Part shown: positions 18,480 to 28,253 of the stretch, piece by piece
How positions within the stretch are numbered: position 1 is the first letter of the stretch
How the letters are laid out: each line of letters opens with the position of its first letter
Assembly (NCBI GenBank): GCA_045540595.1
Contig: JAZQHL010000165.1
Span: forward strand, 1-56,934
Origin: Ruminococcus sp.
Lineage (GTDB): Bacteria > Bacillota > Clostridia > Oscillospirales > Acutalibacteraceae
Reading direction: 5' to 3'
Length of the DNA: 56,934 bases
The notes under the pieces: generated by a model
Seen by the model: only the letters and a program-made list of their open reading frames with translations
Told to the model about the DNA's origin: nothing
The model's database searches: none
Translations under genes and position numbers: made by a program

Positions 18480-19956
18480 CTTTTTTCTCCTTATTCTTTA
18501 TAAAGTAGGGAAGTTCTTTTCTCTTCTTTGCTTCGTCGGGAATCCAGAAAATGAATCGACAGTATTGTCCGGGTTCACTTTCTGCGGTGATATCTCCGCC
18601 GTGAAGTCTGATGATGGTACGTACTATGTAAAGCCCCAATCCCATACTCTTTTTATCAGAACTTCTTGATTTGTCTGCTTTATAGAATTTATCAAATATG
18701 AGCTTCAGGTCTTCGGGCAGTACACCTTCACCGCTGTTTTCTATGCATACATAGGTGGAGTTTGCTTTCTTTGTGAAGCCGAAACGGATATATCCGCCTT
18801 CATTTGTAAACTTCACTGCATTCTCCACAAGGTTGTAAATTACCTGATGGATAAGGTCGCTGTCACCATAGGTTATTATGTCCTCTTCACTGTCCATTCC
18901 CTCAATGCTAAGATTCTTTTTATTGATTTCACTTTCAAATCCGATAAGCACATTGAAAGCGGTTTCCTGGATTACAAAGGGGGCTTTCTTTACGGTGATT
19001 TCACCGCTGTCGATTTTTGAGAGGGATATCATAGAGGTTACAAGTCGGGAAAGACGTTTTACCTCCTGAGAAACAATGCCCAGGTAGTAATCCTGGTCTT
19101 CTCTGGGAATGGTGCCGTCAAGGATTCCGTCAATGTAGCCCGCAATGGTGGTCATAGGAGTTTTGAGTTCGTGAGAAACATTGGCAATGAAGTTTCTTCT
19201 CATTCCTTCTGAAGAAGCCAGTGAGTCTGCCATTTCGTTGAATGCCTGAGTAAGCTCACCGATTTCGTCGTTTGTCTTGACGTGGCCTCTGCTTTCATAG
19301 TCACCTACTGCAAAACGTTTGGCAGCTGCCGCCATCTGCTTTAAGGGCAGGGTGGTGTTGTAGGCGTATACTGCGGAAAGAATGAATATCAGTATTGCCG
19401 CCAGAACAACAAGTACCACAAGCACTGCAAAAATGGTGGGAATATAGTCTGCAGTCCATAAGGTTGCCTGTGCAATGAAGCAAAATCCGATAACATCAAC
19501 CCCGTTGTCGGCAGTGACTGCGGTGGCAGAAATATAGTATTGATGATTGTAGATGTCGTGCAGGTTTCCGTGTTCAAAGTAACTTCCCCGAGATAAGCTG
19601 TCGGAAAACTCTGCGGGAAGTGAAAGGGTTTTGCCTTTAAGTTCCTGTGCTGAAGAATACATAACCCTTCCATGAGTATCTGTGATTGCAGTAATGGCGT
19701 GAAGTGATGTGGAGAAGGTGTTGAGTGATGCAGTGAAAACCCTGTATTCATCAGGGCTCAGTGTGTACAGGTCATCTTCTGCAACCTCACTTACAAGGTT
19801 TGAGAGATTACGGGTGTTTTCTTCCAGAGTACTGCGTTTTGAGTTTTCAATGAACTCAGATACAGGGAAGGTGATGATTCCGCAGACAATGATTATGCAG
19901 ATAAGGGCAACCGCAAGGCTGAAGAACACGAAACGTCGGAATACAGATTTAGTCAT
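18469..19956 (-). CDS. HAMP-domain sensor histidine kinase
   Basis: Two TMs, HAMP DEIGELTQAFNEMA, VSHELKTP, NLVENAVK, GLGL. Confidence 0.95.
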   Translation of the reverse strand: MTKSVFRRFVFFSLAVALICIIIVCGIITFPVSEFIENSKRSTLEENTRNLSNLVSEVAEDDLYTLSPDEYRVFTASLNTFSTSLHAITAITDTHGRVMYSSAQELKGKTLSLPAEFSDSLSRGSYFEHGNLHDIYNHQYYISATAVTADNGVDVIGFCFIAQATLWTADYIPTIFAVLVVLVVLAAILIFILSAVYAYNTTLPLKQMAAAAKRFAVGDYESRGHVKTNDEIGELTQAFNEMADSLASSEGMRRNFIANVSHELKTPMTTIAGYIDGILDGTIPREDQDYYLGIVSQEVKRLSRLVTSMISLSKIDSGEITVKKAPFVIQETAFNVLIGFESEINKKNLSIEGMDSEEDIITYGDSDLIHQVIYNLVENAVKFTNEGGYIRFGFTKKANSTYVCIENSGEGVLPEDLKLIFDKFYKADKSRSSDKKSMGLGLYIVRTIIRLHGGDITAESEPGQYCRFIFWIPDEAKKRKELPYFIKNKEKKDEQ

Positions 19957-19981
19957 ATTCTGTGAGTCTCCGTTTTAAGTT

Positions 19982-20671
19982 TTATTCAAAGGTTACGAAT
20001 TTATAGCCTCGTGCCCATACTGTGCAAAGCTCCCATTTGTCAGAAGCGCCATCGATTTTCTCGCGGATTCGTTTGATATGTACGTCAATGGTACGGCTTT
20101 CTCCGCAGTAGTCAAAGCCCCATACTTCGTCAAGAAGCTGGTCTCTGGAGAACATCTGATTGGGATTGCTTGCCAGGTGGTAAAGAAGCTCCAGCTCCTT
20201 GGGAGGAGTACTGATAAGCTCACCCTTTACCCTGAGCTCGTAGTTTGTCAGATTGATGATAAGGTTGTCGTATCTTACCTCTTTTACTGCAGTGTTTTCT
20301 GAAGTTGCAGTGCGGCGGAGCACAGCACGTACTCTTGCCACAACCTCTTTGTTTTCAAAAGGCTTTACTATGTAATCGTCAGCACCCAGTTCAAGTCCCA
20401 GCACCTTGTCAAAGGTTTCGCTCTTAGCAGTAATCATAATGATGGGACACTGGGAAGTTTTGCGGATTTCACGGCAAACCTGCCAGCCGTCAAGCTTTGG
20501 AAGCATTATGTCAAGAAGAATAAGGTCGGGCTGAGTTTTCTCAAAAACTGCCAGCGCTTCCTCACCGTCGGCGGCAGTGGAAACCTCAAAACCTTCCTTT
20601 TCAAGATAAAGTCTCAGCAGGGTAGAGATGTTGCTGTCGTCGTCAACAACCAGAACTTTGTATGTACCCAT
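19982..20671 (-). CDS. OmpR/PhoB-family response regulator
   Basis: VVDDD, LLDIMLP, GADDYIVKPF, winged helix RTIDVHIKRIR. Confidence 0.96.
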   Translation of the reverse strand: MGTYKVLVVDDDSNISTLLRLYLEKEGFEVSTAADGEEALAVFEKTQPDLILLDIMLPKLDGWQVCREIRKTSQCPIIMITAKSETFDKVLGLELGADDYIVKPFENKEVVARVRAVLRRTATSENTAVKEVRYDNLIINLTNYELRVKGELISTPPKELELLYHLASNPNQMFSRDQLLDEVWGFDYCGESRTIDVHIKRIREKIDGASDKWELCTVWARGYKFVTFE

Positions 20672-20843
20672 ATTTATACCTCCGTTAATCTGAACCTCTT
20701 TTTATGTATATGTAAAATTACTGTATGATTAAATTATATACTATCTGAGAAAAAATTAGTGAATAAATTAGAAACAATTATGTGTTATTTCTTAAAAATT
20801 CGTGAACAAAAGGTGAAAATGTGATAAATCACAGATTTATTGC

Positions 20844-20886
20844 AAAAAACCGCCGCAGCAAGGAGTAGACCTTCTGCTGCAGCGGT
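20844..20886 (-). terminator. Intrinsic terminator of the aminotransferase gene
   Basis: ACCGCCGCAGCA...TGCTGCAGCGGT with an A-run on the + strand (U-tail on the minus strand). Confidence 0.7.
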
Positions 20887-20926
20887 CAGCTTTGAAAATG
20901 AAATTTACTGCAGCCCTGAGTTATGA

Positions 20927-22132
20927 TCAGTAAGGCTGAGCCATACACCTGCGGAAGGTGTCGGTAATATACTGGGCATCTTCGTCTGAGATTGTGGTGT
21001 TCAGAGGAAGTGTCAACTGATTTTTGTACATATTATATGCGTTGGGATAATCCTTGATATCAAAGCCTAAATCTTTGTACGCTGTAAGCAGGGGAAGGGG
21101 TTTGAAGTGAACGTTACAGATAACACCGTTCTGAGCCATACGTTTGAAGAAGGTGTTGCGGTAGGTATCGTCTTTGCCATTGAAGCGTACAAAGTACAGA
21201 TGTCCGCTGGAGCGGTGATGCTCATCTGCGTGATTCAGCACAGTTACAGGTAAATCTGCAAAGGCTTTGTTGTAACGCTCAATAAGCTCGTGACGTCTGC
21301 GGATAGTTTCATCATAACGCTCAAGCTGAGCAAGTCCCATAGCAGCCAGAATATCAGGCATATTGCACTTATACTGAGTTTTCACAACGTCATATTCCCA
21401 GGAAGTACCCTTGTTTTTTGCGTAGGTATCCTTGGTCTGACCGTGAAGTGAAAACAGCATATACTGACGGTAAAGGTAGTCGTTGTCAATGCCCTTTGTG
21501 TTTTTCCAGGTAACTGCACCGCCCTCACCTGTAGTGAGATTCTTTACAGCGTGGAAGCTGAAGTTTGTAAAGTCTGCAACTTCACCGCACATTTTGCCAT
21601 CACGTTGTGCGCCGAGTGCATGTGCACCGTCACACATAACAATGATTCTGCCGAAAGCCTCCTGCAGTTCACTTGAAGGTCTGAACAGGTGCTTCTTTCT
21701 CTCCACAATTTCATAAATGCGGTCGTAATCACACATTACACCTGCAAGGTCAACAGGGATAATTACCTTTGTTTTTTCGTTGATTGCGGCTTCTACTTTA
21801 TCGTAGTCCATTTCAAAACTGTCAGGTGCACAGTCAATGATAACAGGCTTTGCACCGATGTGACAGACAACAGAAGCGGTAGCGGTATATGTGTAAGCAG
21901 GAACAATAACCTCGTCTCCGGGACCAACCCCCAGAATACGGAGGGTCATTTCTGCACAGGCTGTCTGAGAAGAAAGGCACACTGCTCTTTCTGTGTGACA
22001 ATACTCTGCAATCTTCTGCTCAAAAAGTTTTGTTCTGGGGCCTGTGGTTATCCAACCGGACTCCAGCACAGATACTACAGCGTCAATTTCTGCTTTTGTT
22101 ATATCCGGTGGTGAAAAAGGAATATTTCTCAT
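20927..22132 (-). CDS. DegT/DnrJ/EryC1/StrS sugar aminotransferase, AatB/WcfR-like
   Basis: IPFSPPDI...SGWITTGP, DGAHALG, SFHAVKNLTTGEGG (PLP lysine), SLHGQTKD, NVHFKPLPLLTAYK; closely resembles pneumococcal Spr1654/AatB as I recall it. Confidence 0.9.
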   Translation of the reverse strand: MRNIPFSPPDITKAEIDAVVSVLESGWITTGPRTKLFEQKIAEYCHTERAVCLSSQTACAEMTLRILGVGPGDEVIVPAYTYTATASVVCHIGAKPVIIDCAPDSFEMDYDKVEAAINEKTKVIIPVDLAGVMCDYDRIYEIVERKKHLFRPSSELQEAFGRIIVMCDGAHALGAQRDGKMCGEVADFTNFSFHAVKNLTTGEGGAVTWKNTKGIDNDYLYRQYMLFSLHGQTKDTYAKNKGTSWEYDVVKTQYKCNMPDILAAMGLAQLERYDETIRRRHELIERYNKAFADLPVTVLNHADEHHRSSGHLYFVRFNGKDDTYRNTFFKRMAQNGVICNVHFKPLPLLTAYKDLGFDIKDYPNAYNMYKNQLTLPLNTTISDEDAQYITDTFRRCMAQPY

Positions 22133-22190
22133 ATCTGATTATCTCCTGATTCCTCATAAAGAAAATTTGGACATTCTTAACTATTATAGA

Positions 22191-22219
22191 ATTATACTAC
22201 ATTTGGCTTTTTATGTAAA
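22191..22219 (-). promoter_or_regulatory. Putative sigmaA promoter of the aminotransferase
   Basis: Minus strand TTTACA-17 nt-TATAAT. Confidence 0.65.
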
Positions 22220-22221
22220 GT

Positions 22222-22503
22222 TTATTTTTTAATTAAGGGGTTGTTTTTTGAGTCTGCAAGGCGGAGATATTTGTTTTTTGTGGCAATGCCTCCGCGCAGA
22301 TGTCTTTCTGCCTTGTTGTGCTCCAGAACTTCCTTGACTTCTTTATACAGTGCAGGGCTCAGTGTACGCAATCGCTGACTGACGTCTTTATGTACGGTGC
22401 TTTTGCTTATTCCGAACTTTTTTGCGGTGAATCTGACGGTTGCTTTGTTCTCAATTATATATTCGGCAAGTTCCACAGCACGTTCTTCCACATATTCCTT
22501 CAT
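22222..22503 (-). CDS. spoIIID: Sporulation transcription regulator SpoIIID
   Basis: MKEYVEERAVELAEYIIENKATVR..AKKFGISKSTVHKDV..RL...RHLRGG.ATK; ATG 22503 follows GGGAGG. Confidence 0.97.
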   Translation of the reverse strand: MKEYVEERAVELAEYIIENKATVRFTAKKFGISKSTVHKDVSQRLRTLSPALYKEVKEVLEHNKAERHLRGGIATKNKYLRLADSKNNPLIKK

Positions 22504-22532
22504 AACAGTTCCTCCCTGTTTATTGATACTCA

Positions 22533-22561
22533 AGTATATGCTGAGATTTTTCTGCATATAA
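22533..22561 (-). promoter_or_regulatory. Putative sigmaE promoter of spoIIID
   Basis: Minus strand TTATA-16 nt-CATATACT fits the sigmaE consensus ATA-N16-18-CATAca-T; spoIIID is a known sigmaE target. Confidence 0.6.
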
Positions 22562-22717
22562 CAGGTGAAAAAACTGCTGTCTGAATGGAAAGTTTTTGTT
22601 TACACGACTATGTATTTGTGGTAATATATAAAATAGGATTTTAATATCCGTAAGTATGCCCGATAACATTTAATATACATCAGTTTTCCTGAAAATATCA
22701 GGGGAGGCAATGAAAAT

Positions 22718-24706
22718 ATGTCCCAGAATAAACCAGTTAAAATCTGTATGATCACAACTATCACAAAACCCTTTGAGTGGTTTGTGTCCGACTCGGCAAG
22801 AAACCTTGCCGACAAGGGTTTTGATGTTACCATAATGTGCGGCGAAATGGACGATGAGTTTATAAGAAAACACGAGAGTTTTGCCCGTTGTATTCCGCTT
22901 CCTGCAAAGAGAGGCGTGGATGTGGTATCTCTTATCAAGTGTGTGCGTATTCTGCGCAAGGTTTTCAAGAAAGAAAACTTTGATATCGTTCAGTATTCCA
23001 CACCCAATGCGGCGTTTTACTGCGCCCTTGCAGCGGGAGCAATGAAGAAGAGCGTCAGAATGTACAACCAGTGGGGACTCAGATACATAGGCTTCAAGGG
23101 TCTTAAGAGATTTTTCTTCAAAATGCTGGAGAAGTTTACCTGTTACCGCTCTACTCATGTTATTTCAACAAGCCCCAAGAATATGCAGATTAATCTTGAC
23201 GAGGGGATTTGTCCCAAAAAGAAGATTACCGTTATTGGTAAGGGCGGCACTATCGGTGTTGATTTCAGTGTTTATGATATAAATAAAAAAGAAGAGTACA
23301 GACAGAAGATAAGAAGTGAGTACGGCATTGAAGATAACACCTTTGTTTTCAGCTACATAGGCAGAATCAATGCAGACAAGGGTGTGAACGAGCTTATCAG
23401 TGCATACAGAGCTCTGATTCACCGCTATAGCAACACAAAACTTATGATTGTAGGTATGGAAGACCATACCAATCCTCCCGATAAGGAACTGATTGAGTGG
23501 GCAAAGCAGTGTGACAGTGTTATTTTCACAGGTTTCCTTCCTCCTGCACGGGTTGCTCAGTTTATGTCGGCAACAGATCTTATGGTACATCCTACATACA
23601 GAGAAGGTTTTTCCATGGTTATTCAGGAGGGTATGGCGATGGGTCTGCCCATTATTTCCACCGATGTACCGGGGCCCAGTGAGGTTATTATAAACGGAGA
23701 TACAGGTATTCTTGTGCCTGCTCACAGCGACAAGGCTCTGATGAATGAGATGGAGTCACTTATGAATGACCCCGAACGCCGACAGAAGTACAGCCAGAAC
23801 GGCAGACGCCGTGTGGAACTTTTCTTTGCACGTCCTGTAATGCTCCAGAACATCTACACTCATTACTGCAGAATTCTGGGAATCGAGGACAAGCATCTGA
23901 AACTTATGTATCTGACAGCAAGCCCCAAGGCAGCCATTGAGGCAGAAAATGCAGGTGTTGACAGAATCTTCCTTGACCTTGAAGTTTTAGGTAAAAAGGA
24001 GCGACAGGGACATCTGGACACTGTTGTGTCACATTCAGGTCTTGATGATGTAAAGAAACTACGTGCGGTTATCAGCAAGGCAAAGCTTCTTGTCCGTTGT
24101 AATCCCGTTCATCCGGGACTTAAAAAGGAAATTGACCGCATTATCAATGACGGTGCAGATATTATTATGCTTCCTTACTTCAAGACTGTTGAGGAGGTTT
24201 GCACCTTCCTGAGTATTGTAGGCGGCAGAGTTCACACAGTTCTTCTCTTTGAAACTGCAGAGGCAGTTGAACTTGTTGACGAGATACTGGAGATTCCCGG
24301 AATTGACGAAGTTTATATCGGTCTTAATGACCTTCACTTAAGCTATGGAATGAAGTTTATGTTTGAACTTCTGGCAGACGGTACTGTTGAGAAACTCTGC
24401 AATAAATTCAGAGAAAAAGGTCTTTCATACGGTTTTGGCGGTATTGCAAAAATCGGCGAAGGTCTCTTAAAGAGTGACTATGTAATCGGTGAGCACAAGC
24501 GTCTCGGCTCAACCTGTGCCATCCTTTCCAGAACTTTCCGTAACGAAGTGGACGCCAGCCGTCCCATTGATGATTTCAGAGACGAGTTTATGCTTCTGAG
24601 AAAACGTGAAGAAGAGATTTCAGGCTGGACTGAAGAGCAGTTTGAAGAAAACCGCAAGGTAGTCTGTGAAGCAGTTGAAGAGATAGTCCATAAGATTAAG
24701 AGGTAA
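22718..24706 (+). CDS. Fusion protein: GT4 (CapM-like) glycosyltransferase plus HpcH/HpaI-like aldolase domain
   Basis: N-terminal part GRINADKG, PTYREGFSMVIQEGMAMG; C-terminal part from about aa 393 AGVDRIFLDLE, LLVRCNP, GADIIMLPYF, LLFET, YIGLNDL. Confidence 0.85.
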   Translation: MSQNKPVKICMITTITKPFEWFVSDSARNLADKGFDVTIMCGEMDDEFIRKHESFARCIPLPAKRGVDVVSLIKCVRILRKVFKKENFDIVQYSTPNAAFYCALAAGAMKKSVRMYNQWGLRYIGFKGLKRFFFKMLEKFTCYRSTHVISTSPKNMQINLDEGICPKKKITVIGKGGTIGVDFSVYDINKKEEYRQKIRSEYGIEDNTFVFSYIGRINADKGVNELISAYRALIHRYSNTKLMIVGMEDHTNPPDKELIEWAKQCDSVIFTGFLPPARVAQFMSATDLMVHPTYREGFSMVIQEGMAMGLPIISTDVPGPSEVIINGDTGILVPAHSDKALMNEMESLMNDPERRQKYSQNGRRRVELFFARPVMLQNIYTHYCRILGIEDKHLKLMYLTASPKAAIEAENAGVDRIFLDLEVLGKKERQGHLDTVVSHSGLDDVKKLRAVISKAKLLVRCNPVHPGLKKEIDRIINDGADIIMLPYFKTVEEVCTFLSIVGGRVHTVLLFETAEAVELVDEILEIPGIDEVYIGLNDLHLSYGMKFMFELLADGTVEKLCNKFREKGLSYGFGGIAKIGEGLLKSDYVIGEHKRLGSTCAILSRTFRNEVDASRPIDDFRDEFMLLRKREEEISGWTEEQFEENRKVVCEAVEEIVHKIKR

Positions 24707-24710
24707 ACCT

Positions 24711-25697
24711 ATGTTTTTCAGTATTATTATTCCTATGTACAATGTCGAACAGTACGTAGGTAAATGCATAGAAAGCCTGCTTTCACAGAGTATGGGTGAC
24801 TTTGAACTGATTGCGGTTGATGATGGCTCAGGTGATAAGACTGCAGATGTTGTGAATGAATATGCAGGCAAGGACAGCAGAGTCAGACTTCTAAAAAAAG
24901 AAAACGGCGGTCAGTCCACAGCAAGAAACTTCGGTTTCAGATGTGCGCAGGGTGAGTACGTTATCTTTATCGACAGCGACGACTTTATTACTTGCAATGA
25001 CTATCTGCAGATTCTCTCTGATAAAATAAAAGAAACAGATGCAGATGTGGTTATGTATAAATACAACAAGTATTTTGAAAATCGCACACCCCAGCTTGAA
25101 AAATGCGGGTATTCCTTTGAAGGTGTAACCCACATCACCGATACCGCCACACTTATTCCTCTTCTTGTGGAGAGAGATGCATACTACGGCTCTGCCTGGT
25201 CAAAGACCGTCAGACGCAGTCTTCTTGTTGAAAACGGTATCGAATTTGACGAATCGCTTCATTGTGAAGACATAGACTGGAGTTACAGGGTTGTGGAGAA
25301 AGCAGAAAAAATCGTCTGTATTGACAGGGAGTTTCTTGCTTACAGACAGCGCGAAGGCTCCGTTACCAATATATGTACTCTCAAAAATGCTGAGGATTTT
25401 CTCTTTACACTGGAAAAATACAAGGCACGTTTTGAAGACCCTGAAACAGATATTGACGAGAGCCTCCGTAAAGGGCTTCTTTCTTCCCTTGCAAAGTATT
25501 ATTCAAACCTGTTTATAAGTTATTCGAGAGTCAGGGATAAGCGAAAGAAAACTCTGAGAAAAAGACTCAGGGCAATTTCACCCCTGCTGAACTACGCAAA
25601 CAGCAAACGCCCTTTACTTGTGAAAAAGTTTTATAGGGTGTTCGGATTTTCACTTACTGTGTTTACAGTAAGTCTTCTTGATAAAATCAGGAGCTGA
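24711..25697 (+). CDS. GT2 glycosyltransferase
   Basis: SIIIPMYNVE, VDDGS, GQSTARN, FIDSDD. Confidence 0.93.
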   Translation: MFFSIIIPMYNVEQYVGKCIESLLSQSMGDFELIAVDDGSGDKTADVVNEYAGKDSRVRLLKKENGGQSTARNFGFRCAQGEYVIFIDSDDFITCNDYLQILSDKIKETDADVVMYKYNKYFENRTPQLEKCGYSFEGVTHITDTATLIPLLVERDAYYGSAWSKTVRRSLLVENGIEFDESLHCEDIDWSYRVVEKAEKIVCIDREFLAYRQREGSVTNICTLKNAEDFLFTLEKYKARFEDPETDIDESLRKGLLSSLAKYYSNLFISYSRVRDKRKKTLRKRLRAISPLLNYANSKRPLLVKKFYRVFGFSLTVFTVSLLDKIRS

Positions 25698-25708
25698 TAG
25701 GAGTCAGT

Positions 25709-27010
25709 ATGAAAAACAATCTTCCAAGAGTCCTTGTACCCTGCATCAATGTGTGGCAGGATACAGGTTCAGTTCGTACCCTGCCTGAGATTTTCTCCTG
25801 CTGGGATAAAGAAAAGGTTGCACAGATATACACAAAAGCAGGGCTTCCTGATACTGATGTCTGCCAAAAATTTTTCCGTATCAACGAAAATTCTGTTCTG
25901 AAAAGTGTTTTCAAACGAAGTGTGAAAACCTCCTCTGAAGTGGAAAACACAAAGGGCGAGGTAACTCAGTCTCAGAAAAAGGAACTTTCTGAAGAGAGCA
26001 AACGCTACAACGGCAGGCACAGTATGCTTTTAACTCTGTGCAGAGAGATGGTGTGGCTCCTCGGAAAATGGAAAACCCCCGAGCTTGACAGATTCATTGA
26101 GGATTTCGACCCCGAGATTCTGTTTGTACCTGTGTATCCTGTGGTGTATATGGCAAGGCTTCAGCTTTACATCATAAAGAAAACAAAGAAGCCTGTGGTG
26201 TGTTATCTTTCCGATGACAACTATTCCTACAAAACCTGCGGAGCAAATCCGCTGGCATATATACATCGTTTCTGGCTCAGGGCAGGAGTCAGAAAAATTA
26301 TGAAGCACTGTCATAAACTCTTTGTAATTGCTCCCAAGCAAAAGGAAGAGTATGATGCGGTTTTTGGTACAGACAGCCTGATTCTCACAAGGGCAATAGA
26401 TACCGATAAACTTCCCACGGAGGAACTTTGTCCCCACCACCCTGTGCGAATGGTATACACAGGCAAACTGGGCATCGGCAGGGATAAGACGGTCGCAGAG
26501 GTAGCAAAGGCGGTTGCTGCTGTGAACAAAGAAAAAGAGCGGATCCGCTTTGATGTGTATTCGGGCGATACTCCCGAGGGTGAACTTGCAGAGATTCTCA
26601 GTATGGGCGGAAATCGTTTTTGTGGCAGTGTGACTTCAGACAAGATTGAAGAAATCCAGCGTCAGTCAGATATTACTCTGTTTGCAGAGGCTCTGAAGGG
26701 TAAGTACAAAAACGCAGCAAGGCTGAGTTTTTCCACAAAACTTACCGATTACTTCAAAAGCGGTAAATGTATACTTGCTGTAGGCAGCAGGGATATAGCC
26801 CCTGTTGATTACCTTATCCGTGAGGACGCAGCGGTGGTGGTTACAGAGTATGAGACTCTGGAGGCTACCCTGAGAAGGCTTTGTGATAATCCTGCCTTAA
26901 TTACAGAATACGGAGCAAAGGCTGTGGATTGCGGAAGGCGTAATCACAGCAAAGAAAAGTCAGAAGAGACTTTCATTGATACAATGTGCGCTTGTGCACA
27001 AAAGAAATAA
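25709..27010 (+). CDS. Glycosyltransferase (GT-B/GT4-like)
   Basis: YTGKL...R and STKLTDY..SGK.I C-terminal motif; operon context. Confidence 0.7.
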   Translation: MKNNLPRVLVPCINVWQDTGSVRTLPEIFSCWDKEKVAQIYTKAGLPDTDVCQKFFRINENSVLKSVFKRSVKTSSEVENTKGEVTQSQKKELSEESKRYNGRHSMLLTLCREMVWLLGKWKTPELDRFIEDFDPEILFVPVYPVVYMARLQLYIIKKTKKPVVCYLSDDNYSYKTCGANPLAYIHRFWLRAGVRKIMKHCHKLFVIAPKQKEEYDAVFGTDSLILTRAIDTDKLPTEELCPHHPVRMVYTGKLGIGRDKTVAEVAKAVAAVNKEKERIRFDVYSGDTPEGELAEILSMGGNRFCGSVTSDKIEEIQRQSDITLFAEALKGKYKNAARLSFSTKLTDYFKSGKCILAVGSRDIAPVDYLIREDAAVVVTEYETLEATLRRLCDNPALITEYGAKAVDCGRRNHSKEKSEETFIDTMCACAQKK

Positions 27011-27040
27011 TAAGCTATCAAAAGAGAAAGGAGAGCGGAT

Positions 27041-28231
27041 ATGAAAATCCTGCAGATAAATTCTGTGTACGGCATACGCAGTACAGGTCGTATTGCGTAT
27101 GAGATTGCAATGCTTCAGAAGAAAAACGGTATGCAACCCTACATAGTCAGCGGTGAAGGTCATTCCGATTCTCCCGACCATTACATAATGAGCGGAAAGC
27201 TTTATCTGAAACTGAACATTCTCAAGACAAGACTTTTCGGCAAGCACGGTTTTTACAGCAAACTTGCAACAAAGAGAATGCTTAAGTTTATTGATAAGGT
27301 TTCCCCTGATGTCATTCATCTTCACAATATTCACGGTCATTATTTCAACGTGAAGATGATTTTTGAATATATACAGAAGCACAACATTCCGGTGGTGTGG
27401 ACTTTGCATGATTGCTGGGCATTCACAGGGCACTGTGCCCACTTTGATTATGCAGGCTGTCAGAAATGGAAGACAGGCTGCGGCAAATGCCCCTTGCGCA
27501 GGTCTTATCCCGATTCCTGGTTTTTTGACAGGTCAAAGGGCAACTTTGCACTTAAGAAAAAGATATTCACCCGTACAGAGAATATGCATATCGTTACTCC
27601 CTCCGAGTGGCTTTCATCTCTTGCAAGGGAATCCTTCCTGGGTAAATATCCCGTCACAACAATAAACAACGGCATTGATACAACAGTTTTTTCTTACCGT
27701 GAATCGGATTTCAGAAAGAGATACGGACTTGAAGGAAAGTTCGTAATTATGGGTATTGTAAGCAACCTTAACAGTACCAAAGGCGGACAGTATTTTCTGT
27801 CTCTTTCAGAAAAACTCCGTGAAGATGAGCACATTATACTGCTTTCACTGGAAAAGGATACAGAACTTCTTCCTGACAATATTACCGCAATTCCCAGGAC
27901 AGACAGCCCGCAGCAGTTGGCAGAAGTGTATTCCGCCGCCGATGTGTTTGTAAATCCCACCATGCAGGATACTTTCTCTATGATTAACGTGGAGGCTCTT
28001 TCCTGCGGTGTGCCTGTTATCACCTTTGTTGCGGGAGGCTGTGCCGAGCCTGTGAGCGAAAAGTGCGGTATCACCGTGAAAAAGGGAGACGCACAGGGAT
28101 TGTATGATGGAATTCAGCGTGTCAGAAACGGTGAAATCAACAGGAATGAATGCAGAGAGCAGGGACTGAAGTTTGCTTCTGAACTTTGCTTTTCAAAATA
28201 TATTAATCTGTACAGAGATATTATTAAGTAA
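27041..28231 (+). CDS. GT4 glycosyltransferase (WcaC-like)
   Basis: IHLHNIHG, WTLHDCWAFTGHC, VEALSCGVP. Confidence 0.9.
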   Translation: MKILQINSVYGIRSTGRIAYEIAMLQKKNGMQPYIVSGEGHSDSPDHYIMSGKLYLKLNILKTRLFGKHGFYSKLATKRMLKFIDKVSPDVIHLHNIHGHYFNVKMIFEYIQKHNIPVVWTLHDCWAFTGHCAHFDYAGCQKWKTGCGKCPLRRSYPDSWFFDRSKGNFALKKKIFTRTENMHIVTPSEWLSSLARESFLGKYPVTTINNGIDTTVFSYRESDFRKRYGLEGKFVIMGIVSNLNSTKGGQYFLSLSEKLREDEHIILLSLEKDTELLPDNITAIPRTDSPQQLAEVYSAADVFVNPTMQDTFSMINVEALSCGVPVITFVAGGCAEPVSEKCGITVKKGDAQGLYDGIQRVRNGEINRNECREQGLKFASELCFSKYINLYRDIIK

Positions 28232-28253
28232 GTTTTCTTTTTAGGAGATAAAA

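Noticed and set aside
22600-23158. Minus-strand ORFs of 122 and 162 aa
   Set aside because: They overlap the GT4-aldolase gene in antisense and have no supporting features
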